A stretch of 64,000 nucleotides of DNA from Lama glama (GCA_028534125.1 CM052818.1:2544001-2608000), one strand, 5' to 3'; positions 1 to 14,279 are shown, counted from the first letter of the stretch. Notes: generated by a model from the letters alone, not told the origin. Numbers and translations are program-made.

Positions 1-314
1 GTACACTTGATTCTGGGCAGCTTCTGAGATAACAAAATGCGCTTAAAAAAATAAAAAATAAGATGCTCTTAAAAGAACGGGAGGACCAGCATCACCGTAA
101 GCAAGTGGAATTTGGATTTTAGCTGTCTTAAAGGATGTGCAGCATTCTGACAAAGAAAGATAAACAGACACTCTATACGGAGGGAACAGCACAAGCAAAG
201 ATTCAGAGCTGTGAACAGAAATCATTAAGGAAAAGCAAGTAGTCCCGTGTGACTAGGGAGAAGAGTACAAACTAGTTAACATTTCCTATTCTGATTCTGA
301 TTTAGTCCCCAGAG

Positions 315-803
315 CAGTGATTCTCAAACTTTTTGGTGTCAGTTTCCCTTCACACTCAAGAATTATTGGCGACCTCACAGAGCTTTTGTTTATGTGAGTC
401 ATATCTTTTGAATATTTACTGGATGAGAAATTTAAATGGATAATTTTTTAAATATTTAGTTTGAAATGATCTAAAATAGCAATAATTAATATGTTAACAT
501 AAATAGCATGTTTTATGAAAATTATTTCCCAAAACACAACAAAAATAAGTGAGAAGAGTGGCATTCTTTTGTATATCTGGAAGTCTTTTCTGTGTCTGAC
601 TTAATAGAAGACAGCTGGGTTTTCATATTTGTTTCTGCATCAATCTGTTACAATATTACACGTCACATTGCTTCTGGAAAAACTGAGAATGAAAAATACG
701 AATCATGTTTTTTGTATTATGAAAATAGTTTTGATCTCCCAGACCTTCTGAAAGAGTTTCAGGGACCCACAGAAGTTCCTGGACCAACCTTAGAAAATCA
801 CTG
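315..803. mobile_element. hAT-Charlie DNA transposon relic (Charlie1-like)
   Basis: Terminal inverted repeats cagtgattctcaaa ... ttagaaaatcactg; decayed NTCTAGAN-type 8-bp flanks (ccccagag / tcctagaa). Confidence 0.7.
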
Positions 804-945
804 TCCTAGAACTTTCTCTGAGAGAAAAAGCCAGAATTTACTAATGTAGTAATGATGATGATGATACTAATAGTATTACTGATAATGAACACTTACTGGT
901 TGCTTACTATGTGCAGTTCTAAGTACTCACAAAAACCTAAGAAGT

Positions 946-1089
946 AGGGGGAAGGTATAGCTCAAGTGGTAGAGCACATGCTTAGCATACACAGGGTCCT
1001 GGGTTCAATCCCCAGTAACTCGTCAGAAAGTTAATAAGCCTATTTACCTACCCCCACCAAAAAAAATAATAAAATTAAATAATTTTTTA
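946..1089 (+). mobile_element. tRNA-derived SINE (camelid Vic-1-like) inserted in a MIR
   Basis: A-box tagctcaagtgg, B-box ggttcaatccc, A-rich tail; 15-bp TSD aaaaacctaagaagt at 931-945 and 1090-1104. Confidence 0.85.
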
Positions 1090-1379
1090 AAAAACCTAAG
1101 AAGTTCTTAAAATTATACTTTCCAGATGAGGAAACTAAGGGCAAAGAAGTTAAGTAACTCGCCTGGTTTACACAGCTAGTAAGCGGTGGTAAAACTGGGA
1201 TGTTCACGCAGGCAGCCTGGCTCCAAAGCCTGTCCTAACCATTGCACCATCGCGCGTCCTCAGCGGACAAAGGCCTGCAGTATAAGTGACAAAGGGTTGA
1301 GTCATCCCACTCTCCCACCCCCTACTCCCTCCTCTCCCTGCCATTTTAGATCTCAATGTTCTTTTCTCTTTCCCTCCCC

Positions 1380-2310
1380 GTTTAGGGAACTCATGTTTCT
1401 TTTCACTCTGCAGTAAGTCCTTGTCCATTGCCCGTTGTTCATTATTCCCACCACTCCATAGAAACTGCTCTCTCCTGAGGCACCAGCGGCCTTATAATTA
1501 CTAGATTCTGTTGCCAGTTTTCAGTCCTCATCCTCATTGCTGTGAGATGTGGGATATTTTTGACCATTTTCTTTTATATGAAAATTCTCCCTTTTATTGG
1601 TTATTCTGACACCAGACACTTTTATTTCTTTTACCACTTATCCAATAAAGAATATAAAAATAAATAAATAAACTGGTAACACCAATCCTTCATTGAGTAA
1701 ATGCATTGTAAGTATCTTCTTCCAGTTCATGGTCTGTCTTTTCACTCTTTTTTTTCTTTTTCTTTTCTTTCTCTCATTCTCTCTCTCTCTCCCTTTCTCT
1801 CTTTCCTTCTTTCTTTCTCTTTCCTTCTTTCTTCCCTTCTTTCTTTCTTTCCTTCTTTCCTTCCTCCCTTCCTTCATGGAGGTACTGGGGATTGAACCAA
1901 GGAACTTGTGTATGCATGCAGTCTACCACTGAGCTATACTCACCCTTAAGAATTTTCTTTTAATTCTTTATGAGGTCTTCCTCCTTGGCTTGTCCCTTAA
2001 ATATCTTCATTCCCCTGTACCCTTCTCTGATGTCTAGTGTTCTGTCCTGACCCTTCTTTCTTCTCATTGTATAACTTCTCAAACTGCCACATCATTCACC
2101 TCCAAGACTTTAGTTACTAAACATACACTGTTAACTCCCAAAGACATTATTTACCACCCAGGCCTCAGTCATATGTCCAAATGATGCCTAGACATTCCTC
2201 AGACATCTGAAACTTAACACAGCCACATACTGACCACCATCTCCCCCCTTAAACTAGCCGCTTCTCCTATGGTCTCTGACCTGGGGAGTTACACCACCAT
2301 CCTCCCACAA
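1380..2310 (+). mobile_element. Decayed L2 LINE interrupted by an L1 fragment, a CT-rich repeat and a SINE
   Basis: L2-like ORF2 remnants by eye; L1 remnant (WKKILTMHLLNEGL) on the - strand near 1670-1750. Confidence 0.5.
1740..1945 (-). mobile_element. Vic-1-like SINE with tail expanded into a CT-rich microsatellite
   Basis: gaggtactggggattgaacc...ccactgagctata at 1879-1940, preceded by a (CTTT/CCTT)n tract. Confidence 0.75.
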
Positions 2311-2564
2311 ATTGAGACAAAGAGTACAACCTGCTTGGAACCCACTTACCCCATCTAATGTGCACAGGAAAGGAGAACTAGTAAGGAGCAAATTGGAGCA
2401 GTTAGCTCACTTTCTATCAATTAGATGCCACCAGTGTTTGAAAGGGAAGTCAAGATGCAGCCATCCTCCAAAAGATAAGTAACAGTCCCTCAGTACGTTC
2501 CACTGCCCTACACGCACTCGAATTCTCCCAGCTTCTGGATTAGGTTAGAATGATCAAGAAGAGT

Positions 2565-3128
2565 GTGGATATCTCCTTTTTGTCTGCCCAATATCCCTTT
2601 TTCTATAGGAGAATGTTCCCTTCCCCATCCTTAGTGGTTCTGGTAGTATTCTCAATCATGGTGCCTTCCCCACCTCCTGGTGCAGGGGTGGGAGGGTGAC
2701 CTAGGCCTAAACAATCGTGGTGCTTCCACCTTCTGTCCCCAGCAGTTAGTCAAATGAATGGGTATATGACACAACTATAGCCAATCCGAGTCACTCCATG
2801 AGATGCACTAGACCATAGCTGGAGAGCAAGGCTCTGTCTTTTTCCGGAATTGAAAGTTGTGAGAATCATAAATTCAAAAGCTGCATGTGTCCATCATTTC
2901 TACCAGAGTGAAAGAACCTGCTTAACAATGAAACTACCACAGAGGAGAGCAGAGCAAGGAGAGAGAAGGAGAAACAGGGCCTAATGACATCGTTTGAACC
3001 CCTGGATCCAGCCATGCTTGACGCTAATCCTGAGGCTTTCCAACTAAGCAAACCAACAAATTCCCTTTTTGCTTAAGGGAATTTCAAGTTGGTTTCTGTC
3101 AGTTGCATCTAAAGAGTCTTGACCAGCA
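2565..3128 (+). mobile_element. MaLR solo LTR (MLT1J-like)
   Basis: Typical MLT1 3' end (cctggatccagccatgc...gtttctgtcagttgca...); recognised by eye. Confidence 0.6.
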
Positions 3129-5929
3129 AAGGGCACTGCTGATGTCTATATCTTGAATTCTGTGAAAGGGAGAACACTAATTATTCACCCTTATCTGGAA
3201 AAGATACATTCATTTTTCACAGCCCTTGAGCATCAATTCTAGGAGAGGGTAAGGAGGATGGAGCAATTCTCTTAATTTTTCATGTGGAGTTTCTGGAGAA
3301 AGAGAGATGAGGGGCCCTCTGATAAGTCAGTAACTATTCAATTCAAAATATATACTGAGTAGAATTATATAATTAGCACTATGCTGGCCATTACTGAGAG
3401 TACAAGATATTCACCGCCATCAAGTAAGGAATTTCGGAGAGAAGATTTATATACATGTAACACCTAAATAGCTATCCGGCTCAACACATTTTACAGGCCA
3501 AAATAAAACACGCAAGTGGCATGTACCATAAACATTTGAGGAATTTTAGGATGTCCTGTTCAGATGATGGAAAGCCTCAAAGAGGAGTCTTGGGAAGTAT
3601 TTGCACGATAAAGCGGTTGGGAAATTTGGCTCCTGAGGGCAAAGGGGCAGGTGGAAACTGGAGACCCACAGTTTATTCCGCTGTTATTTGTGTGTTCTCT
3701 CTGTGCCCCATAGAGTCTGAAACCTGTCGTTGTTCTTATTTATATTTTGGTCTTTCCCTCTCATTGTGTGTCCTTCAAAAGCAAGAACCATGTCATGTTC
3801 ACCTGTGAGTCCCCAGCACCAAGCTTTGCAGCTGGTGTAGAATAAATGGTCAGTAGGTGGGCAGTGAGTGGAGGTGTGAATGGATGAGGCAGCATCACCT
3901 AGATCCGAGCCCTGGGAGACCCACAGACCGTTCCTGTTTTTACCTCGTTCCTGCACTTTCTATCTAACTTTCCTCCCTACCATATAGGTTTACTCAATAC
4001 ATACGTCATTTGCCAGGATACAGGATGCCAATAAGTGCTGGGGAAGTAACAAATTAGAGCTCTGTCCTACCCATTTCCCTAGGCCCTGAAGTCCTGGCTC
4101 TGCCAAGGGCTCCCTGCCCAGTGACAGAAGCTGCGCTCTCTTGCCAGCTTACTGTGCTGACAGCTCTAATTGCTAAATGAACAATCTGCGTTTCTAATGG
4201 GGAGAGAGCTTCTCAAAAGAGGATTTGGGCTCCTGCAATCTTGGGAAGGGAGCACACTATTGTGCAATCAGAAACTACCACCTCAGTGGGAGAGGTCAGC
4301 CGTGGATTTTCCATTACAGGATGGGTAAATTTGGAAACTGGAAGCATTCTTGGAATTTCAATTCCCAGAGTATGGTGGAACCCTTCTGTCATGGGGAATG
4401 TGCATGAGCTTTGCTTTCAGAACGCAAACTGCTATATAAACATAATGGTTTGCAAAAGATAAATTGGGTGTGGGCTCTGCAAATGTGTTCACAACATGAA
4501 TATTTAAAATAAATCCATAAATAAATACTTGTTGGGCACATGCATGTGGGGGAGAAAAATCGAGAATATTAATATATGACCCTTAAAGAGGTGGCAACTT
4601 TACTGAGGAATAAATCAGGCAGTCACAATGACATAATTTAAAATGCTAGACAAAAAAATGATACAGATCCCATCATAAATACAAGTACTCAGGAGAAGAA
4701 AAGAATCATTACTCCAAATGTCCTTAAAATGGAAGAATTTGCAAATGAATATTTAAATCATTGAAATCAGACAGACCTAAGAAACTGCTAGAGAAATTCA
4801 TTCAGAGGGCAATGTGATTTGTTAGGTCCCGGAAATTACCCTATAATCCAGAGGCTGCCGGCTCTGAACTTGTCTGAGCCAGTATGGTATTTTATAGACC
4901 CTTAGCTTGTAACAAAGTTATGGCGTTGACTGTATCTCAGTGGGAAGTCAAGTCTGGTAACCTCTACCCTGTGCCCATTTCTCATGGAAGATGACCCCAG
5001 TCAAGGTCAAATATTATCTCCAGAAATGGGAATTCCAGCCTAAAATCAACTTTTAGTCACGGTTTCCTAAGGGCTCACATTTAAGGCTAGGGCACACATC
5101 CCATCATAGCCTGTAGCATCTGCCACATGCAGAGAATTTCTGTTCACACCAGGCAGCCGCCTCTTTTGAATGGTCTGAGTTTTCAGTCTAGACAGCCGAA
5201 ACTGCCTGTGTTCAGGGAGCACGTGTTCAGGTTGCTGCTGTGTCACTGCGCTTCCTGACTAGTTTTAATTAGCCCTGAATATAGTCTACAAAGTATAGAA
5301 TAAAAAAATGACATCCTGTGCATTACTACTACCTGAGACTTCCATCCTGAGGTCAAGGAACACCTGGGAAGTGAGTGCATCCTCTTCAACTCCCAGTGCT
5401 TCCTTGTATGTTTTTGACCCAACCTCTCATCATGGACATTTTCCATTATTATCCCCTATCTGCACCTCAATGGCCAATCTGTTAATCAGCGAGGTCATCT
5501 TCCTTCAGAGACATTTGACTTCTGACCTAGTCCCCAGTTCGTGTCTCAGTTCTGAAGGGTACATCCTTGTCCACCTGAACGTTGCCCACCACACACTGTG
5601 ATGACCAAATAGAACATCTCATTCAAAGGCTCAAAGGGAACCAACCATCAACATTGCTGTGCCTCTGCAGAGCTCCCTGTCACTGCAGGGTTTGTGTTCA
5701 ACAGTTTGTTCCCTCTTTCTAATCAGAGCACCCCCACCATGTTCCCACATCCCCCTGCACTTCCAACCTGCATAGTAATGATGCTCTCATGTCCACTTGA
5801 CCTGGAGCCTTCAAATCCACCAGACTAGCCTGTGGATCAGAATTGAGAGAATAATAAAGACAAAGATTGCTCACTTTCGGTTCTTTCCCTAGAAATTAAC
5901 TAGCATCCTCTGAATTTTACTTCCAGCTT

Positions 5930-6114
5930 TTTTTAAAAAGTACGTATGTATGTATGTATGTATTTATTTTAAAGTGGCAGTTGCTTTTTATTTATTTATT
6001 TTTGGGGGGGCTTATTCAATTGGCTTATTTATTTTCAGTGGAGGTACTAGGAATTGAATCCAGGACTTTGTGCATAATAAGCACATACTCTACCACTGAG
6101 TTATACCCTCCCCC
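5930..6114 (-). mobile_element. Vic-1-like SINE
   Basis: Reverse-complement tRNA head; (TATG)n/T-rich tail; TSD ttacttccagctt (5917-5929) / ttacttccaactt (6115-6127). Confidence 0.8.
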
Positions 6115-6279
6115 TTACTTCCAACTTGTGTTTATCCCAGTTCTCCTCAGCTCTTGACTCTTGACTTCGCCATCATTTGAGGCTCTGTTCGTGCCCTTTG
6201 GAATCACTGAATGAACTTGGTTTTCTGGGCTTAACCCATCGAGTTCTTAAAGACTCTGCCTCGTATTCATTGCTCTGGT

Positions 6280-6590
6280 ATACCAGCCATGATAGGTTGG
6301 GTCAGGCTGCGGTAACAAACAATCCCAAGATCTCAGAGCCTTCATATAACAAAAGTCTGTCACTCATTCTATATGTCCAGGGTGAGGCAGCAGGGAACTC
6401 TGCTCACTGGAGTTGCTCAAGAGACCCAAACTGATGGAGGCTTCATCTCAACACCTGTTACATGATCACTGTGGTAGGAAGAAGATATGGCATGTAATGT
6501 GCTGGCTTTTAAGATACCTGTCCAGAAATAACACACATTGCTTCCACTCACATTTCATTGGCCAAAGCAAATAACATGTTCATGCCCAAC
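6280..6590 (-). mobile_element. MaLR LTR (MLT1K/L-like), interrupted by an L1
   Basis: gctgcggtaacaaacaatccc...cacatttcattggccaaagcaa motifs; resumes after 7193. Confidence 0.55.
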
Positions 6591-7192
6591 ATTTTTTAAA
6601 TATTGATTTATTTATTTATTTTAATTTTTTTAAATTGAAGTATAGTCAGTTTACAATGTTGTGTCAATTTCTGGTGTACAGCATGTTTCAGTTAGACATA
6701 TACATACATATATTCATTTTTGTATTCTTTTTCATTATAGGTTACTATAAGAGATTGAATATAGTTCCCTGTGCTGTACAGTATAAACTTGTTGTTTATC
6801 TATTTTATATATAGTAGTTAGTATCTCCAAATCTTGAACTCCCAGTTTACCCTTTCCCACCTCCTTCCCCACTCCACCCCCAGTAACCTTAAATTTATTC
6901 TCTATGTCTGTGAGTCCATTTCTGTTTTGTAAATAAGTTCATTTGTGTCTTTTTTTTTTAGATTCCAGATATAAGTGATATCACATGGTATTTTTCTTTC
7001 TCTTTCTGGCTTACTTCACTTAGGATGACAATCTCCAGGTCCATCTATGTTGCAGCAAGTGGCATTTTTCTTTTTTATGGCTGAATAGTATTCCATTGGA
7101 TAGATATAGATATAGATACACCACATTTTCTTTATGCAGTCACCTGTCAATGAGCATTTAGGTTGTTTCCATGTCTTGGCTGTTGTTAAGAG
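6591..7192 (-). mobile_element. 5'-truncated L1 3' end
   Basis: Poly(T) end, L1 3'UTR and ORF2 C-terminus; TSD tcatgcccaac at 6580-6590 and 7193-7203 followed by a TTT/AA endonuclease site. Confidence 0.85.
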
Positions 7193-7942
7193 TCATGCCC
7201 AACTTTAAAAGTGAAAGAAAAGTGCAACCTACCATAAGTCTACCAGATAAGCCCTTGTCTGCCTCTCTTCTGACAGGAGAGGCTTAGATACTGAGAGGCC
7301 CAGACTTGCAGCTGGAGGACAAATACCAAAGCTGTGTCCAAGAAAGGGTGCCAGGGCTGAGGAACTCAGCCAAATCTAGTTGTCATGCAAGGAGCCAGAG
7401 GCAAGAAACAGGATCCTAAGAGAAGGTCAGGCAGCCAGGGAACATGAGAGTAAAAACCAGCAGAGCGGATGCTGCAAATAGAAACTCTGTAAACAAGATC
7501 CCAGACTCACACCTTTGGGTTTTCAAATTAAATCTCTTTAATCAAAATAGTGCTTGCACATATTTGACAAAATCAACTGGTTTTCCAAGGCTTTCTGGGA
7601 AAATCACATTTCGTCCTCCACCCTTGAGGCTACCTTTTCAACTTTCTTTACCTTTTCTTTTGATACATACCCTCATATATTCTTGGATTTGGTGGAGGGG
7701 GTGTTAGACTATCTATTTTAGTCTATTAGTTCCTTCCTGCTATGAAATAAGGGGAATTAGCTCTCTTACCCACTCACTGCATACTTTCCCTCTCCTTAGC
7801 ATCCCAGTGTTAATCCACATTGAGTGTCAATGTGATTCTGAATATGTAAATATTGTCATAGAAGCAACACAGCATAATGAGTAAGAGTAAGAAATCTGGA
7901 GATAGATTACCTCGATTTGAATCCTGTCTCCACCCCTTCCTG

Positions 7943-8390
7943 TGTGTGATAGGCTAAGTAATGTCTCCTCAAAGATGCCCACACCCTGATTTCCGAAACT
8001 TATGAATGTTTTACTTTACGTGGTAAAAGGGACTTTGTAGATGGGAGCACTGTGAGATGGAGAGATTATCCTGGATTACCAGGTGGGCCCAGTGTAACCA
8101 CCAGGGTCCTATTAAGAGGAAGGCAGAAGAATCAGAAAAAGAGAAGTCAGAGGGAGAGAAGATGCTACACTGCTGGCTTTGAAGATGGAGGAAGGCGCCA
8201 GGAGCCAAGGAATACAGGTGGCCTCCAGAAGATGGAAAAAGCCAGGAACTGGATTCTCCCTTAGAGCCTCTAGAAAAAATGCAGGCCTGCAGACACCTTG
8301 ATTTGAGCTCATCAAAACTTATTTTGGATGTGTGTTATTTTAAACAATTAAGTTTATGGTAATTTGTTACAGCAAAAAGAGGAAATGTAA
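7943..8390 (+). mobile_element. MaLR solo LTR (MLT1D-like) inserted in a MIR
   Basis: ggtaaaagggactttgtagatg...gagattatcctggattacc...ggtaatttgttacagca; flanking MIR halves ~7860-7940 and 8390-8545. Confidence 0.7.
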
Positions 8391-9079
8391 GTACCGTGTG
8401 ACTTCATCAAGGTACTTAACCTTTTTGCCACAGACTTCTTATCTGCAAAATGAGTTACTGTGAGAATTGAAAGAGTTAATAAATGTAAAATAGTTAGGAC
8501 AGTTTCTTGCACACAGTAAGTGCTATATGTGTATTTCCTACTATTGTTTGTAGCTAAGCCACCAAGAGGAGTATGCCTTTTCTTTTGTCTTTTTCTGGCA
8601 CTTATAATCCCTTAGTCTTCTATGCATTTATCACTAACTCATCTCCAGCTGTATAATTGCCTGTCAATATGCCCATACATATAAATGACATGTCTATTCA
8701 CTTTTTTCTGGGAGACATCACTCCTGGAGCCCCGGGTTCGCCTCTCCACTGCAAGCAGGTCGCCCTCCAGGCCTGCCGCACGGCCACTGTCCCTTCATTG
8801 TCCTTCTGGGGACTCCCTTCAATCTTCTCTTCTGTTAGGTCTCCTGCTTTCCTTGGTTCTGTCTCTTCCTCTTTCTTTTTTGTTTTCACTCCACTTTTAC
8901 TGAGATACAACTGTGTCTTTCTCTTTCTTATTTACTTTCTAACTTTGGTGGTGTATATCCTCCAATAGCTCCTGAAAAAAGGTACCTCAGAGGTAAATTT
9001 GCTGAGACCTTGATTGTCTGAAAATATTTTTGTTCCATTCTCACACTTAATTGATAGTATGGCTGGATACCGCTTCTAG

Positions 9080-9444
9080 TGCCATAAACAGAATGTTTGT
9101 GTTCCGCACCCTGCCCCCGCCAAAATTTATATGTTGCAACTTAATCCCCAATGTGATAATATGTGGAGATGGGATCTTGGGAGGTCTTGAAGGTAGAGTC
9201 CTCATGAATGAGATTAGTGTCCTTATGAAACAGGACCTAGAGAGATCCCTCACCCCCTCCCCCATGTGAGGTTACAGTGAAAACACTGCCATCTCTGAAC
9301 CTGGAAGCTGACCCTTCCCAGACACTGAATCTGCTGGCACTTTGTTCTTGGTCTTCTTAGCCTCCAGAATTACAAGAAATAGATTTCTGTTGTTTTTAAG
9401 CCATCCAGTTTATTTTGTAACAGCTGCCCGAACAGACTAAGACA
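9080..9444 (+). mobile_element. MaLR solo LTR (MLT1A/B-like) inserted in an ancient L1
   Basis: TG...CA termini with a perfect 5-bp TSD TCTAG (9075-9079, 9445-9449). Confidence 0.85.
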
Positions 9445-10681
9445 TCTAGATTAGAAATAATTTCCTGCATAATTTTGAATGTATCATTCCCCTGGCTCTG
9501 TCCTTCTATGTTACCTATGGAAAGTCTGATTTTCTTGATTCCTGATTTTGTGACCTATTTCTTTCTGGGAACTCTTAGGATCTCCTCCTTATCTCTATTC
9601 ATCTTTTACATTTGAATGCTGACAGATTTCAGTCCCCACCCCTCCCACTTCTCTTCCTCTGCATGTAGGCAAAACCATAAGCCCCATGGCCCCTCCTTTG
9701 GGAAGTTCAAACCATGCAACCATGTCTGTACATGAAAACTCTTACCACACCCCTACTCACTAACTGCAATTGGAGCCAAAGCTAGTCATTCCTCCTGCCT
9801 CTGTCAAGATACTTTCTGACCTCCTTGGGAGCCTGGGGCATGGAAGACCTCATCATGTGCATAACAGACCTCTTCATGCCTTCTTGGTACATATGTGGTA
9901 TCACTAGTGTTGACATCCAAATCCATTCCTCATCTGCAAAGAGACCACAACACAGCTTCACCACTTACTAGCTGAATGATCTTAGGTAAATTCCATACCC
10001 TTTCCCTGCCTCAGTTTATCTGTTTGTAAGTGGGAATAATTGCAGTATTCATACTGTTCTTTTAGAGATGAAATGGGTTAATACTTATAAAATGTCTGGC
10101 CCATAGTAAAAATTCAACAAATATCAGTTATTACTGGTGGGAACCATTTTTCTTCAAAGATTTGGGCACTTGTTGAGTTCTCTCAGTTAAGAGACTCAGA
10201 CGATTTTAGCTATAAGCTATGCTTCTGGTATTGTTGAATTTATACCCCTCCCTCTGTCCTCTACTTCTAGAACGTTTCCTACATTTTGTCTACTGTTTTC
10301 TATCCTACTTTCTTTTTATTTCGCTTTATGGGCCATTTCATCAACTTTATCTTCGAGCTCTTCTGCGACCTTTATATCTAGTCTCTCGTTGGTAATTAAT
10401 AGTAGAATCCCTGTTTGTTTGTTTTTTTAATAGCTACTTGGAGATCCAGACTGAACAGCTCATTTTCCAGCCTTCTTTGCAGCGAGGTATATCCATCTGA
10501 CTAAGTTCTGAGCAGCGGAACGGGAAGGGAAATGATGAGTGAACGTCTCCTTGAAGTCTCTTAAAGAGAAGAAACATACTCTTCTTGTTCCTGTCTGCTG
10601 CCTACAATGTGGAAGCACTGGGTTTCTTACTTTCAGGCTTATTATATGGGAGAGCAAAATAAAACACTAAATTTTGAAGAG

Positions 10682-10822
10682 TTATTTATTTATTTATTTT
10701 TGTTGGAGGGGACATAATTAGTTTTACTTACTTGTTTATTTTTAGGGGAGGTACTAGGGATTGAACCCATGATCTCATGCATGCCAGGCATGCACTCTAC
10801 CACTTGAGCTATACCCTCCCCC
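10682..10822 (-). mobile_element. Vic-1-like SINE
   Basis: gaggtactagggattgaaccc...ccacttgagctataccctcccc with a (TATT)n tail. Confidence 0.8.
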
Positions 10823-11924
10823 AAAGAGTCTTACATTTTTAATTTCTGAAAAGTCTTTCTTATTCTCTAAATGCTTCTTTTTTTAAAGTAGCATTTTGTT
10901 CTCAGTTGGTGATGCAATGTCTTACCCTTAAAGGATATTAATTACAGGGTTTTTTGTTAGTTCGTTTTTTTTTTCTGTTTTCTTTTGGCTTCTTATATTG
11001 TCTCTATTTCTACTGAGTTTAATTGTTTCTGTTTGTTTATTTTGACCTTTGACTGTTATGTTAGAGGCTTTCCTTGATAGTCTGGTAATCATTGACTCTT
11101 CATATTATAGAATGAGATGCTGTAAAGATAACTGTGTGTAATGGGGTTTGATCTCTCCATAAGGAATAAAGTAAGACCCAAACATTTTTTTTCAGGATCT
11201 CCAAATGCCAATATCTGTATGTCTTTTACCCTGGGCTAATCAGTGCCCCTAAAGGAAGATCATTTGCCTATGGGAGTATAAGCCTGGCTACCTACAGTGG
11301 TCAGGCCATGGATGAGTGAATGATGGGAGGATGAAACCCGACAGGCAGTGTTGGAGAGGAAATTCCCCAGGATTGGTGTAGAAGTCCTCCCCATCTCTAG
11401 TATGAATGGATAGAATAACTATCTTGAGAGGAGAGGCAAAGAGTTCCTCCGCTTGAGCCCAGCACAGGGCTCAAGGGGCCACATATTCTTGACAATTGCT
11501 TCTTGGGGCCCCAGAAGATATCTAGGATGGTCTCGGGTGGCTCACTGCAGCTGGTCTAAGACCCAGCTGGTGTGCCCAGTGACTTCTTTACTTTAGTTCT
11601 CTAGCTGATCTAGTTTTCTCCAGGAACCTCTCTAGGTTGTGAAGGGAGAGAAGAAAAATGGATATCCACTCTGATATAAAGTTTTGTCTTATTAAGTCAT
11701 TTAAATAGAACCTACAAGAAATGCATAGCTCCTTCAGAAAAAAAAAATTGCTTGTCTGCATAATAGCCTCCACCATATCCTCCACGGTTTCTTTTCCTAA
11801 GGTGGCCTTCAGGTGCATGGTGAGAGATGGGCTTACATAATCTCATAGCTTTGGAAAATACAGCCTTCAGATCCACATGGTGTTCTTGCACAATCAGAAA
11901 TACTCTTTAAGTGTCAAACGATGC

Positions 11925-12895
11925 TATCCACAGAGAAAAGGCAATCCACAGAATGGAAGAAAATATTTGCAAATCATACGTCTGATAAAGATTACTATCT
12001 AGATAAATATACAGAATTTGTACAATTCAAAAGCAAACCAAAAAAAACTAATTTTAAAATGTGCAAAGGGCTTGTATATATATTTCTCCAAAGAAGATAT
12101 ACAAATGTCCAAAAAGCACATGAAATGATGCTCAACGTCACTAATAACTAGGACAATCCAAATCAAAACTATAATGAGATACCACTTCACATTCATTAGA
12201 ATAGATTTTTTTTTAAAATGCAGAAAATAGCAAATGTCGGCAACGATGTGAAGTTGGAACTCCTGTGCACTGCTGGTGGGAATATACGATGGTGTAGCTG
12301 CTGTGGAAAACAGCAGTTCCTCTAAAAATTAAACATAGAATTACCATGTGATCCAACAATTCTGCTTCTGGGTATATACCCAAAAGGACTGAAAGCAAGG
12401 ACTTGAACAAATATTTGCACAACCATAGTAACATTACTCACAATACTCAAATTCTATTGGCAGATGAATGGATAAACAAAAGGTGGCATATTTCATATAT
12501 ATATGCAATTGAATACTGGTCAGCTTTAAAAAGGAATAAAATTGTGATTCATGCTATACTGTTAAAACATGGGTGAACCTTGACTACATTATGCCTAGTG
12601 AAATAAGCCAGGCACAAAAGGACAAATATTACATGATTCCACCTATATGAGGTATCCATAGTAGTCAAATTCATAAAGACAGAAAGTAGAATGGTAATTT
12701 CCAGGGGATGAGGGAAGGAAAGTTATTGTTTAATGGGTATGGAATTTCAGTTTGGGATGATGAAATCATTCTGGAGATGGATAGTGGTGATAGTTGCACA
12801 ATAATATGAATATACTTAATGCCACTGAACTGTAGCCTCAAAATGGTTAAAATAGTAAAAATTGTTATGTGTAATTTACCACAGTAAAAATAAAA
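11925..12895 (+). mobile_element. Old L1 3' portion (L1MB-like)
   Basis: Decayed ORF2 C-terminus (RQSTEWKKIFANHTSDK) plus an L1MB-type 3'UTR ending in an A-rich tail. Confidence 0.8.
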
Positions 12896-14279
12896 GAGAT
12901 ATCCTTTAAGGTTGAAGATTTATCATCAGAGGAGCAGTAGGATGTCAGGGAGGGTTAGTGGACTCCTCTTGTCTCCCTCTCTCTAACTGACACCATCCCC
13001 TGTAACTCCATGATGGGTTGTTGTCTCCTTTCTGTCCCTTCGAACTCCTATCTAGTCTGCATACTACCACCAGGTACCCACAAGGCTGCCTCCCTCCTTC
13101 ATTGTTTTTTGGCTTCCATAGTTTCCGATAAGTCCGATGTGATTCTTACCTTCTCCTCCAAAATGTATATATCTTTTTTTCTCTGCCTGCTTTTAAGATT
13201 TTCTCTTTATTATTGGTGATATCCAGTCATTAAGTTATGAGACAGTGTCAGAGCTAGGAAGGTAACACCAACCCTTCCAAGAGCCCACCAATGCTTCCCC
13301 ACATCCCATTGCTATCCTGGTAATAAATCTTCAGCTTGAAGAGTATTTCTGATTGCGCAAAGATACCACATTGACCTGAAGACCCTGTTTTTCAAAGCTG
13401 TGGACTTATGAAGCCACCTTAAGAAAAGAAGCAGTGGAGGGTATGGGGAATTCATCTTGGAGACAGATTTTTGTTTTCTAAAAGAGGTAAGTGTTTCTTG
13501 TAAGATCTATTTAGTCAGATAAAGCTTACAATCCTAAAAGGATATATACCTAATAACACAAGTTGTAAATGCATGGAGCAATATGACTAGTGATTCTAGA
13601 CTTGCGCAGCTTAACGGCCCTGGAGAGGGTACCCTCTTCCCACTCCTCACATTATTCACGTCTGAGTTCAATGATCCTTCTTCAAACAGCTCTTAAACAC
13701 TTAAATCAAAAACAGCTATTCTTTCAACCATTCCTTAAACCTGCTTTATTTTTCTTTGTAGTGCTTAGTCAAAATATGACATTTTATTTTTTGGTTACCT
13801 GTTTACTGTCAGTTTCCTCAGCTGGTGAATAAGCACCCTGGGTGCATCTTTATTATGTTATTCATATCATATACCCAGAACTTAGATCAGAGTCTGGAGC
13901 ATCATAACCTGCTCAATAATATTTGTTAAGTGAATGAATTTAATTATTTATATATTTACTTAATTCTTATATTTAATGTTACATATATATTTAAATTACT
14001 GTTATTTAATGAGTTTACTTAGCTATTCTTGTCATTTTTATCATGTATCCACTCATTTTGCAATGAATTAGTAAGCCTCCACTTTGTGTTATGTACATAT
14101 TTAACATGACAGGTGGGGAGATACAAAGATGTATAAAGTAAGACTTCTATAAAGAAATCCCACTTTCTGAAGGATAAAATTCAACGTCCTTAGCAAGCAA
14201 AGACTGGACACCCTAAATCCAAGGGGGAAGTAAGGATTTAACAAAAAAAAATCCAAGAAGCTAAATTTGTCTCTAGAAA

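Noticed and set aside
947..1020. tRNA-like sequence with A and B boxes
   Set aside because: Followed by a SINE body and A-rich tail and flanked by a 15-bp TSD; it is a SINE head, not a tRNA gene.
1638..1932. K/R/E-rich and F/L/S-rich ORFs
   Set aside because: Translations of a CT-rich microsatellite.
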